64,000 nt of DNA, from contig NMRA01000177.1 of assembly GCA_002633005.1 (NCBI GenBank), positions 124,001-188,000 of the forward strand, in the 5' to 3' direction. The notes under the pieces were generated by a model, which worked only from the letters and a program-made list of their open reading frames with translations, was not told the DNA's origin and ran no database searches. The position numbers and the translations under genes are program-made. Shown here in pieces: positions 52,641 to 64,000 of this stretch. The number at the start of each line of letters is the position of its first letter. Position 1 is the stretch's first letter. Origin of the DNA: Phoronis australis. Taxonomy: Eukaryota > Animalia > Phoronida.

Positions 52641-52759
52641 GAATTATGAGCAGACGAGCTGTATAGCTCAAACTGCAAACGTGGTCACTGTATGCGTAAG
52701 GGGTCCATGTACTTGATGAAATATAATAGTTTTCCAATTTTCATGAAAAAACACCAAGC

Positions 52760-53456
52760 AACTCAGAGGATACAAAGGCAAACATAAGAACTAAAACTAC
52801 CACTAGGGGGCACAGCAGTAATCAGAGCCATTCAAAAACTGGACATCTGTTGTCACATTTATAGGAAAACACCTACAAAAGTTCAGATAGATCCTGCAAA
52901 GGAATCAAGAACTGCAGCCATGGTCGCAAAAAATACAGTCATCACTTGGGGATACCACACAAGTCAAATCAGCTGAAAATCAACATCAGCCATGATCTTT
53001 CCATCAGGAACACAGTCGCCAAGTTTCATAATGATCTTTCAAGCAGTTTGGCGGATAAAAAGGCAGATGCCAAAAAAGGACCTGAAATAATAAAAATGAT
53101 CACTAGGTGGCGCAGAATACAACAAATTTGTCTGATAATGGAAAACCACTGATGTCTCCCAAATACAAACCTATTTGTCACATTTCACAAAAATCCACCC
53201 AAGAATGAACTCCAAACGAAGATTCAGAGGCAAATGTAAAACATTTGAATTGCCACAAGGAGGCATACAGCGACAATCAGATTGCCAGTGGTCCGAAACT
53301 GGTTGCCATCTGTTGTCAACTTCATACGAAAACATCAGCCAAATCTCATAAACATCCTACACGAGGTTTAGGAGATACAGCAGCCGGCGGACACTGGACA
53401 CCCATAGAGAGGTGATGGCACTATGCACCCACATTTAGATATGTAGGCACATAAAA
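52760..53456 (+). mobile_element. Helentron-associated (HINE/DINE-1-like) non-autonomous element with about 150-bp internal tandem repeats
   Basis: ccactaggggg-like units recur at about 52800, 52944, 53100 and 53252. aaatctcataaacatcc...aggagatacagc lies near the end, and a 3' hairpin tatgcacccacat...atgtaggcacata precedes an A run. Confidence 0.5.
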
Positions 53457-53754
53457 GGGGTGCAATTTCAGCAAATACTTTTAATTTTCAAAGTTGATAA
53501 GATACTACAGCATTTTACAATGTGCTTTACAGGGCTCTAACTTCTGTGACATCTTCCTCGCACTACAGCTTTTTCTGCCCTCAAAACTCCACCATAACTG
53601 CTCCCTCGTCCGCCCCCCCATCCAATATACTAATTCACACAGCGCTTTATTGGGCTCTTGATATCTGTGATGTCTTACTCCCACCACACTCCCTCCCCTT
53701 CTCAATAGGTCCTTCCCCGCTTCCTTCTCTATATCGTCCATGTGAACACTTACA

Positions 53755-54076
53755 CTAAACTTCCTCCTTCTGCCCGACCTGACGGGTCGTTGGTCCGTCG
53801 ACATTGGTAGAGGGCTCTTCAGATAGGACTATTTCAGAGGCAGTCACGCTCGAGTAAGCAACAGACGCACTACTCTGAACACCCTTGTGTTGAGTCTGCG
53901 GCTCTGTGTGCTGCCATGACTCCACAGTGTATATATGGGCAAACACTTTGCCGGGAAAACAATAGGGCAGGAACAGCGCGACAATATAAATGATGACGCA
54001 CATCCAACTAGAGCCCATCTTGATCCAAACAGCCGCCCAACTACGTCCAAAGTTTGATAACGAAGACTCCTCAGGT
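53755..54076 (-). CDS. SERINC: SERINC-family gene, terminal coding exon
   Basis: PEESSLSNFGRSWAAVWIKMGSSWMCVIIYIVALFLP... matches the SERINC WxxVWVKxxSSW motif. The acceptor ggtttcag| is phase-2 compatible. Confidence 0.9.
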
Positions 54077-54149
54077 CTGAAACCAAACACTTATTTCAAT
54101 TATTTCACAAAGGCTTATCTGAACACAAACAAAGTAAATAATCTCACCA

Positions 54150-54530
54150 TTACGACTTTTGTCAATCAAAGGCAACGGACTTCCTCAAAATGACAATCGT
54201 TGTTAGAGTTTCTGCCAGGCGGTTCTTGACTGGCGATAAGCCTGTTGTAGATGGGGGGTAACTCTAGCCCCCGTCCTTGTTAATAGAGGAGTTGTGCCGT
54301 CTAATCTGTACAGCTTATTTTTCTAGGAAAATGACGGCTCTCACTGTCAATAATGTTGACAGACTCCTAATTGATGGGATGTCCTGATTCCTCGGCGTGT
54401 TCAGATGAAGCTGAGGATAGAGAACTAGTTCTCACAGATTTCCTATGCTCATCAGTACGAGTTTTTAATTGATGATCTGACTCTCGCTGAACTTCAATTT
54501 TTAGGACTTGCCAGTAAAAGATGCTGATAC
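54150..54530 (-). mobile_element. Penelope-like GIY-YIG 3' fragment in the last SERINC intron
   Basis: LKTRTDEHRKSVR...SASSEHAEESGHPIN*ESVNIIDSESRHFPRKI...RRHNSSINKDG, followed by a degenerate hammerhead-like tgaggaagtc...gacaaaagtcgta. Confidence 0.7.
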
Positions 54531-54916
54531 ATGGAGGTCTATATAATTTCAGGAATGTTCCCATTTTGGTGGTGTCCCTCTCACGACGAAAATTTCCGAA
54601 TTCCGACCTGGTGATAATAATGGGAAGGGCGTGCCAGTACATCCACACCACCATGACAATGAACGTGTTGAATCAACTCGTCCTGTTGGTGAATGGTGGT
54701 GGTTGGTATGACATGGGTACCCACTAGTGAGTAGCACATCACAGAATAGAAACTGTATAAGAGCAGAATGCAGTTGAAACGCACATCATGGTATAAGAGA
54801 GGAGCACAAAGAGGAGAGACACCTGGTGTTACATTCAGGGCTAATAGACACCATTTGGTATAGACTGGACAATATGGCAGAGCGCAGAGACACCTGGTGG
54901 CATGACGGTTACTTAC

Positions 54917-55088
54917 AAGTACCAGTTGGTGAGCAGCATCATAGCGTAGAGGCTGGACAAGAATAGAATGAAGTGGAAGAAGGAGTAGCTGTACTTGACT
55001 CCATCCAATTCATTCCTGTCCACGTGTTGTATGTCGTCCAGGGCGCTCTCCTTGATTGGCAACTGGCTGGAGGTACGTGAGAACCAAC
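54917..55088 (-). CDS. SERINC: SERINC exon (YSYSFFH...LTNWY)
   Basis: [34 protein letters not shown]. Acceptor ctgtag| and donor |gtaagt. 172 bp, phase 1 to 2. Confidence 0.93.
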
Positions 55089-55234
55089 CTACAGTGACAT
55101 CGTGTATAGTAACAATGCTTATGGTTGCACCACACAAACTCAGGATATGAAAGTTACTTATCACAATCACCAAATGATCACCGAAAGCTTTAGTACTCAC
55201 GATGGTTCCACAAACACTTTCTTATCCCCTTACT

Positions 55235-55545
55235 CTCACTTGTTTCTCCCACCACCCCCTCCACCCCACCTTCCTCTTCTCTTCTTTAAACCCCCTCTCT
55301 CCCTTCTGCTACTGCCCCCCTCCCTTCTTCCTCCCTCGCTATCTCTCCATACCTTCATCCCTTTCTCTCTAGATCCCCCACTTTCCATTTCTCTATATCT
55401 CCCACTCACCCAACACCCTCCCCCTATCCTCAAACTCCCTCTCCTTCTCAACCTCACCCCTCTCTTCATCCCACAAGTCTCCCTCCATCCCTCCCCTCAT
55501 CCTGCCCCGTCTGCCCCTCCCTTCCTCATTCTCTACCTCTCCACT
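55235..55545 (+). repeat. C/T-rich low-complexity tract
   Basis: About 300 bp of almost G-free pyrimidine-rich sequence. It explains the spurious Pro/Leu-rich ORF 55102-55725. Confidence 0.85.
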
Positions 55546-56435
55546 CAACTGAAAATAAATTTCATTCAGTGTCAACTCCAGATGACGATTTCCTTATCCA
55601 GATATCAATCTAGTCTAATGTTAAGTGTTACCCAAGCCCTTTGTCCAGCACGATCACTTGCATGCCAGTTATCTGCCACACTTCAGAGAGATACTAAAAA
55701 TTTAATGGAAATGTGGCAGGATTAAGAACACCTGTCAACAAGCTAATTTCTATTGTAACTTCTTCGAGGGAAAATGCTCCTAAACTAACTAGTCGTGAGG
55801 AAATCAATTTCAGAAACCAAGCAATTCAAATATCAACAGCTTTAGTCCAAAATATTGCACGTTTACTGTCAGCCAGTATTTCATTGATGTGAAGTGAAAG
55901 CTAACGTATAATTGCTCTGCTTCACAAAAAGAACTTCACTGAATGTGCTTGACCTCTGGAATTCACTACGCTCAAGCTTCTTGCACCAATCTATACATGA
56001 TGTGCTAAGGTGCCATGACATGGGCCGAGTTTATAATCCCCAATCAAAAGGTTTAGAATTAAGAAATTTACCCAGTTGCTAATTAACTGATTGTGGAAGC
56101 TACATAATTTTATATGTATCACTGAACACAACTTGAGAACATGGCCGTGTTCCGTAAAGCAAAGACGTAAATCTGAACTTGTGTTGAAAAATCTTCACCA
56201 ATGGAACAGAAACCACAAATTCTTTCCCATAATTTAGTAGTGATCAATCCCACAATTCAACATGTCAGCCTTACCAAGCAATCACTTCAAGTCATGTTAC
56301 TAAGGTCTTGAGCATACTCGTGAGTGCTCACCAGTCACCAGCGTGATATTGCGTGACCTTGCTTTCCTCACAAGAAACTTGGGACTACGGATGCTACCAC
56401 CCCTGATGATCAACAGGAGATATAAAGATGTGTAC

Positions 56436-56500
56436 CTGACTTCTTCTTTTTGTCACCAGCTTCGATTCCAAGAGCATGAGACTTCCCCGTGATATGCAAA
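56436..56500 (-). CDS. SERINC: SERINC exon (loop; SLHITGKSHALGIEAGDKKKKS)
   Basis: Acceptor tttgtgttctag| and donor |gtacac. At 65 bp it bridges phase 2 to phase 1 between the flanking exons without stops. Confidence 0.7.
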
Positions 56501-56561
56501 CTAGAACACAAAAACGGATAAATTGTGTGCAACGGGTGAAAATGGTACAAGTCTGTATAAT

Positions 56562-57876
56562 GGCTCCCTGTTTAATGAAAAGTGACCTAGGACTTAAGAC
56601 CAAAAATTGTCTCAGTTAAGACTGAAAATCAGGATAAGTTAAGACCCAAAGAGGAAGAATTCAGAAAAGATCATTTCTTCAACACGAAAACTGTTTTTGG
56701 GCCTTTGGTCTCAATTAAGACAGAAATTAAGACGGGTTTTGACATAGGTGAGCATACTAAGCTTTTGCCACCTGTTGTGAATTCACAAAACTAACGAGGT
56801 GGTGTGTGAAATAATACTTCATCGTGAAACTGTAAATGGGGATGTATCTACATGTTAGATGCAACTGGGAACTCCTTTACGTGAGAAGACCCTGACGGAC
56901 ATGACTGGAAAATACCATTTCACATGTGCAGGTAAGCTGCACTTTGTTGTCTACATGTTTTGCTCAAAAGCAGACAATTTTTAATTTGACACTATTTAGA
57001 GTGTAACGGGGGTGGTATCTACGACCAAGGCGCCCCGATTTTACGAGCCCGGTGCGGACTGAGGGTGATATTGAAAACTAAAAGTTGGTGAATAATACAT
57101 AGGTTTATTGTAAGAATATATAACTACAATATTTCACACTTACAAGCAATCCAGTTGTTCCATGATTTAGTATCGCAGCGTTGTGATTTATACAGTTCTG
57201 ATACACGGGCAAGCCAGTCGCTGATTAATAGTTGTGTGTGCAAGAACGGGGCAATTTGGTCATTCATATCCGAAAGGTGAGATGCAATCAAGCTCGGGAG
57301 GAGCCCGAGAATTGCTGGGGCTAAAGCTGCACAAACAGTTGCAATTTGGTGTGAGTGAAGGTGTAAATGTTTGCTTGTTGAACTCTGCGACTGGACTCCT
57401 CGTGTCTGACAGAGACAAAGCTTAAGTACACAATTTCAACCAATCAGACACGATCTGAAGGGCAAGGCCCATAGCTCCTAGCTTCTGACCATATTTGGCC
57501 ATGTCCAAAGGACTCAAAATCATAGGAAAATGCCATACGTAATACACAGCTTGACCACTAGAGGGCCCATATATCTTACTTACATAATCATGTCCAGGGC
57601 ACTCCTGTTACAAGAGATATTAAATTATAAAAAAATATCAACGAAATTTGGTCCTTAACAGTTTACACGTATAATATAGTAAATTTTGGTCATTTAGACC
57701 AAAAGTAAAAATCTTAAGCCTATTTCGCAGCAGGCTAACTTTCGGCCTTAGCTTAGACCGATTTTGGTCTTAATTTTGGTCTTAAGAAATTTCATAAAAC
57801 TAGGCTAAGACATTTTCATCAAAATTTAGTCCAACTTTCGTCTAAGTTAAGATAAAAAGTTTCATGAAACGGACCC
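56562..57876. mobile_element. Harbinger-like MITE hosting the solo LTR
   Basis: Imperfect TIR ccctgtttaatgaaa / tttcatgaaacggaccc, with TTAAGAC/GTCTTAA subterminal repeats at both ends. Confidence 0.45.
57002..57612 (-). mobile_element. Solo LTR (Gypsy-like), 611 bp
   Basis: TGTAACGGGGGTG...CACTCCTGTTACA termini. 4-bp TSD AGAG (56998-57001, 57613-57616). Minus-strand TATAAA (about 57190) and AATAAA (about 57107). Confidence 0.8.
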
Positions 57877-58499
57877 ACGGAGTTGCTTCTTCAAATATCT
57901 ATGTCAAAACAACAAGAAACAGTACAATTTCTTATTCACCGAGTGTCATACTATTCTAGCGTGCCCTAGACAAAAAAGAATAGCAAGACCACGCAGTACC
58001 ATTGACTAAAAAATTGCACATGTGAAAGGCAGGTCTTATGCGGGTATGTTTGGGAGCTTACTGGCATGACCAAGCAAAATGGCAGCCATTGAAGTGACTG
58101 ATCATTGAGGTTGCGGTGATATTGAATTATGGGATGTCTGATTTCATCAGGGCTGATTTCTAGATGGAAATGCAGGCCTTGAGTTTTGGGTGTACAGAAA
58201 GCAGCCAAGAATTCTTGATGGCTCAAAATTCAGTAGGTGGTGTATTTACGAGAATTTCCTCATTCCTCGTGGAATTACTTATAAACATAAGGTTAAACAA
58301 TAAGTTAATTCACCTGGGTTATTACTCATTTCACCTACCTACCTACGCCGTGATAAATCACTCAATTCAACAACATCACATCACACTCCGGGCTCCCCTA
58401 TTCATAAAATCCACAAGGGGTAATAAAAATATCTTCTCAGCCAGGACCATAATCCCTTGGCTAAGCTGTGTCCAACTGGCACAGTTGTATATTACTTAA

Positions 58500-59580
58500 G
58501 CCCTGTTTACACTGCAAAAGTTGACATGGATCAGCTGACACGGAACAAGATGACCTGATGCAAGTATGTGTGTAAACAGAAAGACGAAGAGCAAACGGAC
58601 AACACGGTGACAACTTTTATCGCCCGTTTGTAAGGTAGAGCAAGCGTGCTCGATCACCTAGCTCCATGTCAACTATACGTCTTAAGGCGAAATTGAAGCA
58701 AGGCGGAATAGATCATCTCTATTGCGCTTGCTCAATAGCGTAAATATTGGTGTTCATTTTGGTACGATTTCTACGATTTAGCAGTTAGTGCATTGTTTTT
58801 CAGCTTCAAACCTGATCATCGTTTATTACATCGTCATAAACTTGATCAAATACCATATGATTCGGCAGAAATAAGTAGTCCTTTTCAATAAAAATTCAAC
58901 ATTTTTGGTTATTTCCAGTTGACATATTATTTAACAAAAAACAAACAATGTTGTTACTAGAATTGCTGAACAATATTGCACCTTTTCAGCAAAATTATGA
59001 ATTAAAGTAGCTTGAATGGCTTCAAGATCATTGAAAAGTCAATGAAATGTTGTCACGTGATACACACATGGATTAATTGCCAACACCGTCCAGTTTGTTT
59101 TGAAATCTACTGTAGCTTATGAGTTTCCCTCTTCTAAAGTTGTTAAAAAAACACAAAAATTTAAACCACAAGATATTTGGCAATTACAAAATGCACAAGT
59201 TGTATTGTTACAGAACAAACAATTGAAATATTAAATAATACTTTCGTTTCGAATGATACAGGAAATTGTCAGAATATTACAAGCCGAGAGTGCTTGGTCG
59301 GTTATGTATACTACATATGAAATCATTCATCTGGCAATCAAAAATCATTCAAACAAAACTCCATGTTACAATTTTCAAGAAGAAAAATAAGAAGAACAAC
59401 AACAAACTAAAACTCTCGCAATTTGCATCTCTGCTCATGAGTAATTCAAGCTCCTGCCTGCAACTACATTTCTGAGTTGTGAGTGTGTGTGTATGTGTGT
59501 ATGTGTGTAAACGGCCGCTTGACACCAATCATCTTGCACTGTCAGTTGTGCCACATCAAAAATTAAAGTCTAAACAGGAC
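58500..59580. mobile_element. PIF/Harbinger-like non-autonomous element
   Basis: TAA TSD on both sides. TIRs GCCCTGTTTACACT / AGTCTAAACAGGAC. Internal gtgtgtaaac repeats and a (GT)n tract at about 59480-59507. Confidence 0.7.
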
Positions 59581-59915
59581 TAAGAGTAAAGCTCACAAAG
59601 AACTGCTTTCTATGACCTTGCATGTCAATTAACCTATTGCCAGGATTTTGAGTGATGGCTTAATAGACCAATCAGAACGCAACATTCTTGACACACCTTC
59701 GTTTCCAAGCCACCATTTTACCTGACAAACAACACGTTGTCGGGTAAAACTTATTGTTTGTCTGTCGACTTTTCATGAGAGGGCGGAGCTTGCAATCGGT
59801 CAATTCCAAAAGACCTATTGTATGGGAGCGACACCCATACGTGGACTAGTTACCCCCTTCAAGATCAAAATACATCACTTCCACATCACAATTGCTAAAC
59901 CATAAAAACACTCAC

Positions 59916-60039
59916 CTGTCATAAATCAAGACAACGGCATAAAGGCCTAAACTGAAGTAGACTTCGTAACCAACCAGGAAGTCTAATTCATCCGAGGGAG
60001 CGCGGCACTCTACTACTTCTTCCACGCCTTTCACCTCGG
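59916..60039 (-). CDS. SERINC: SERINC exon (AEVKGVEEVVECRAP...FSLGLYAVVLIYD)
   Basis: Acceptor catttcag| and donor AG|GTGAGT. 124 bp, phase 1 to 2. It encodes a loop Cys plus a TM helix ending at the YxS position. Confidence 0.8.
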
Positions 60040-61351
60040 CTGAAATGACGGAGGTGGAAATTCACTGAAGAAAAGCACTCGACAACTAGGTATAGATGTT
60101 CCTGTTCTTTGAACAAGTTTTTAGCAGACAGAAGACAGCAATAATTATAGTATTCAATTAGCCAGTCCTGATTTGAATTCTCAGTTTGTAGAGGTAGAGA
60201 AATGGCCGAGTTAGTTAACAAGGGAATGCCAATACATTTTTCATACAGCACCGATATTTGCCTTTTTGTCAATGTCTTGGCCTTCCAACTCAAAATGAAA
60301 CAAAAAAGTTTGTCTGAATTACAATGATGAATTACACGTAGCATATGAGATAGTGTTAAGTATATCAACATGTAAAGAAGCAGGACAAGTGCTTGACCCG
60401 AATTGCATTGTGGTTGAATGCCTTAGAATGAGAGTGGTGCTGAGCGAATTTTAGGACGGGATTATTACGAGAATAGGAAATGAATGTCGTATTTACATGT
60501 AATTTAATAGGCCCATGCACCTGTAACTGAAACAAGGCTTTAAACTGAACACGAGCCAAAATATACCATTTCACAACAGATAAGGCAAGCTTCACTTACC
60601 ATCCACTCTAAAACGTGCTTCTGGCTTTCACATATACATAATGCATCGAATTTCGAATATAAGCACAGCATAACACAGTCATAGACGCATGGGAGTAAAT
60701 AGTACGAACATGTATAAGAGCCAGAATGTGTCAAAAGTACCATGAATGCTCGATAATAGAGTGCCTGGCAGGGCAAGATTGTGTGTGGCTTACACAAAAC
60801 CATTATTCAAGCCAGCACAGCTTTATGACTACACTTCAGAAATGGCTAATTCAAGATTCACATGAAACCTTCAGGTAACAAAAGCCTCATGTACTGTTCT
60901 TCAAAACACTGTTACGAATTGCTTTAGAAAGTAACGCTTTTGTATGATGGGCCATTAAAAAATAGGACTTTCATCGTTTCCATGGTAAAATGATAAGTGG
61001 CATCAAAAGAAGAACGAAATGATAATTAAGAAAATTCCAGCAGTGTTTTTGAGATTTCATCTTGAAGATTTGTATCAAATGAGATTTGATCATGTTATTC
61101 ATTTCACTGTTTTGCTACCAACGCAATGTAACTGTCCTTTTTCTAAACTTTACTACAACGACACGATCACACGATCAAATTAATGGCCAATTTTGATGAG
61201 AAGTAAAAAGTCAAATTCTATACCATTTCTCCTTTTAGAGAAAAAAAAATCACCAAGTCAAAATTGGTAGTTTCTTAGAAAGTTGGCATAATACACGGAC
61301 TTGTTGATAATGTCCTACATAGATATCATGTTAGCGTAACTGCATGCCAAC

Positions 61352-61447
61352 CTTTGAACTTTGGTACGCTGCTCAGTGCCATCCAGGTGAGGCTCATCAC
61401 ATAAACTGACATGACGGACGACTGGAGAATGCCCGACGAAGGCTCAT
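61352..61447 (-). CDS. SERINC: SERINC exon (EPSSGILQSSVMSVYVMSLTWMALSSVP)
   Basis: Matches the SERINC PxSGLLQSS...YxxYLTWSA motif. Acceptor ctccag|. The donor |gttggc is less certain. Upstream exons were not found in the window. Confidence 0.85.
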
Positions 61448-62171
61448 CTGGAGTAGATGGGAAGACATTAAATAACTCATATCCCAATCAAATGTTTACC
61501 AGAGGCAACCATTTACGTGTATGCGGAAATCCAGTTATTCAACAAACCATAAACTAAGCTATCTGCAAGGGCATATTTTTCATTGCTGACGGCAGGTTAT
61601 ACAGTGCTAATAGGATTGGTTTGCACTCCTTTGTACTATACAGTATCCACGGATACCAGTCCTATGCCAGTATGTTAAAAAATATCCAAGATGAACTGTG
61701 CAGTACGTGTTCTGGACAGTCGAGCTCAGAATAAAACCAGATTGAAGTAAACTTTTTCTTCATTAAACTTCCAACTTTGTAGTTCACACTATACTGATCA
61801 GGGACTGTTTTCTTGGAAATGTCAATGTCAATTTAAGCTGCATTCCCACCGTCTCCCTGGTTACAAAATTTTCATTTTACTCTCACTCAGATATCTCACA
61901 ACATCCCTTAACTCAAAAGGATTCTAATTCGCTACCAACAAGGAGATCAAAACCACCAGTGACTCAAGAAAACGCTTCAGACCTTATTGGGGTTGACCAA
62001 CAATTAAATTGTGAATTTGAAAATGATGTTTGTACACATGTGACTTAAATTAATAACAAAAATGTAATCCTATTATGGTAAGGAATACAACAAGATCGCA
62101 TTGATGAGAGTAAAATATCCAATTGGATTTTCCTTTTCAACCAGTTAAACAGGGACAGAACGTAGCTTTAA

Positions 62172-63135
62172 ACAGTACACACCATGGATTTTTGCACATT
62201 TCGAATTACCGGTGGCCACAGACTAAATGTATGACGTAAAATTTAGCCAAATCCATGATTATTTTGTGTCATTAGCTCGAAATTTTGATTTCTCTTTCAA
62301 TTTTGCCAATTTTCACATTTCCCGCCATGTGACATCATGGGTTGAACACAAGAGATCAGCGACTAGCATTGAACAACGGTGGAGAGTAGGGAATTTGAAA
62401 GCGACAACGATTATGAGCAAGAAATGAACAAATACTATGAAGAAACATACGAGAATGGTGGCCAGGATGACGAAATGGGGTTGCACGAAAGGGAGAACGA
62501 GTTTGATATGTTTTAAGCTGCGTACTCTACTACTTTGAGGCCTTACGGACTGGATCCTCCCGCGAGAGAAGCGGCCTCGGGCTCAGCCAGTCAACCCAGT
62601 CATCCAACAGACGATCCTGAATAAAGAGCTGATGTTTCTGAATAGTAAATATTGTCCTTTATTGAACCAGGCCTTCATCGTAACATCTCCTCTGATTGGA
62701 GTCGAAACACGACTCCTCAAAGCGGGCAGAACACAGAGTGGCTCCGGACTGAATCGCTTGGTCCACGCTGAGGTCCCACACTCTCATTTGGCGCACGAAG
62801 CGATGCCACTACTGCGCAACTTTGGCGTCCTTCGGAACACCGAGACGTTCTCCGTCTGACTGCTGTTGCTGCAGCCTCCGCAAACACATCTTTTCATCCC
62901 TCTACGAACCTTCTCGACGCTAAATATACTTTGCTTTCACTTCACTCTATACACTTAGTTGCTGATCCGAACAGTGTGCCGCACGACTTGGGTTCAACCC
63001 ATGACGTTGTACATAATTATTACTTTTTTCAATTTTTACGTGTTTCTTTAAGAGCTGTGCACTAAAGGCACTGAAATCAAGTAAGATATAACAATAAAAT
63101 TTATTTTGAGGTACTAGAGTCATGTTGCGTACACT
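62172..63135 (-). mobile_element. Kolobok-type internally deleted element with THAP remnant in a SERINC intron
   Basis: TTAA flanks. Imperfect TIR acagtacacaccatg / catgttgcgtacact. Minus strand reads MKRCVCGGCSNSS...VSVF/PKDAKVAQ*WHRFVR...TLCSARFEESCF. Confidence 0.7.
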
Positions 63136-64000
63136 TTAAAGTCACTGCAAAAATTATCAAATTTGCATATTTTTGAAATAACAAAGATGCAAGAAAAACG
63201 GCAACTGACAAAATGCCAATCCATTTCTTATGCTCTGCTGTGAATGGCTTAAAGTGGATATGAACTTGTTTTCTGTCACACCACCAAAACTTAAATTTAG
63301 ATCACTTACTGCTGTGAGCACGGTCTTAAAATTTTCCTCAGTCAAATTAGAGGCGATTTCTCAGTTCATTATTGCTTGAGACTGCAGATTCTACCAGTTG
63401 GTCACGGCCGGTGGTTATTTTGATGCGCCGATCAAGCTCTCAAGCAACAAAAAAATGCCAGTCTTTCCTGTGCAGAACCACGCCTCATCTGACTTAGGAA
63501 CAATTTGAGATCAGTTTTACAGCTGCGGTAAGTGATACGACACGCTTGCCCATTCAAATTTCACAAACATTCTTTGCAGGAAGATCACTCTGATAAGAGG
63601 TGGTGCACACTCGTCAAGTCAACTAGTGTCATTCAGGCAAGGGTACACAATACAAGTTGGGACCCATTACCAAAAAACGGCACTTTCAATGCGCATTTTT
63701 TCTCTATTCTTCTGTTGTATTGACTAATTTTTGCCGTTCAAACATTGAAACCGTTCAGTTTTAGAATCTGCAGTGTCTAAACTGGTCAGAAGAGAATGCA
63801 GGGGTTATCATAGGCAACTATCACTGATCCTTTTGTCCTGGAAACAAAAGAAGCTAGCCATAAAAGTCCACGCACTGTCAGGGGTAACTACCTATAGTAA
63901 ACCCAACAGGTGAACAGCATTCACACGTCTTGCATATTGGGAAGGGCCAGGTAGCGCCCAATGGTCCATGTCAACAAAGAATAAGGGTTTATAGCCATTT

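Noticed and set aside
55102-55725. 207-aa Pro/Leu-rich ORF
   Set aside because: Translation of a low-complexity C/T tract antisense to a SERINC intron.
63920-64000. Possible upstream SERINC exon (INPYSLL...LALPNMQD)
   Set aside because: It lacks the conserved Cys and N-to-P spacing, and the donor phase does not fit the 61447 acceptor.

Overview
AT-rich, repeat-dense eukaryotic (probably marine invertebrate) genomic DNA with two assembly gaps (31570-32512, 51833-51852). Host genes: (1) a tandemly duplicated family encoding a predicted secreted signal-peptide + PAN/Apple + TLDc protein. One copy has its last two exons at 1-219 and 2435-2475 and looks intact. A complete three-exon copy at 18592-30450 has an in-frame TAA and a mutated splice acceptor. 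The flanks of a third, apparently deleted copy survive near 7-9 kb. (2) An intronless class A peptide-type GPCR at 44580-45650 (+). (3) The last five coding exons of a divergent SERINC gene at 53755-61447 (-). (4) An isolated, decayed transketolase exon at about 33328-33544. The rest is transposon debris: Kolobok-type TTAA elements with THAP remnants, hAT elements, Penelope fragments with a hammerhead-ribozyme motif, LINE 3' ends, a solo LTR, Harbinger-like MITEs, tRNA-derived SINE heads and palindromic Crypton-like elements, including a 1.3 kb foldback. The most notable items are the secreted PAN-TLDc architecture with fast paralog divergence and a readable transposon-mediated inversion at 12.6-14.0 kb. 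All calls were made by eye, with no database searches.
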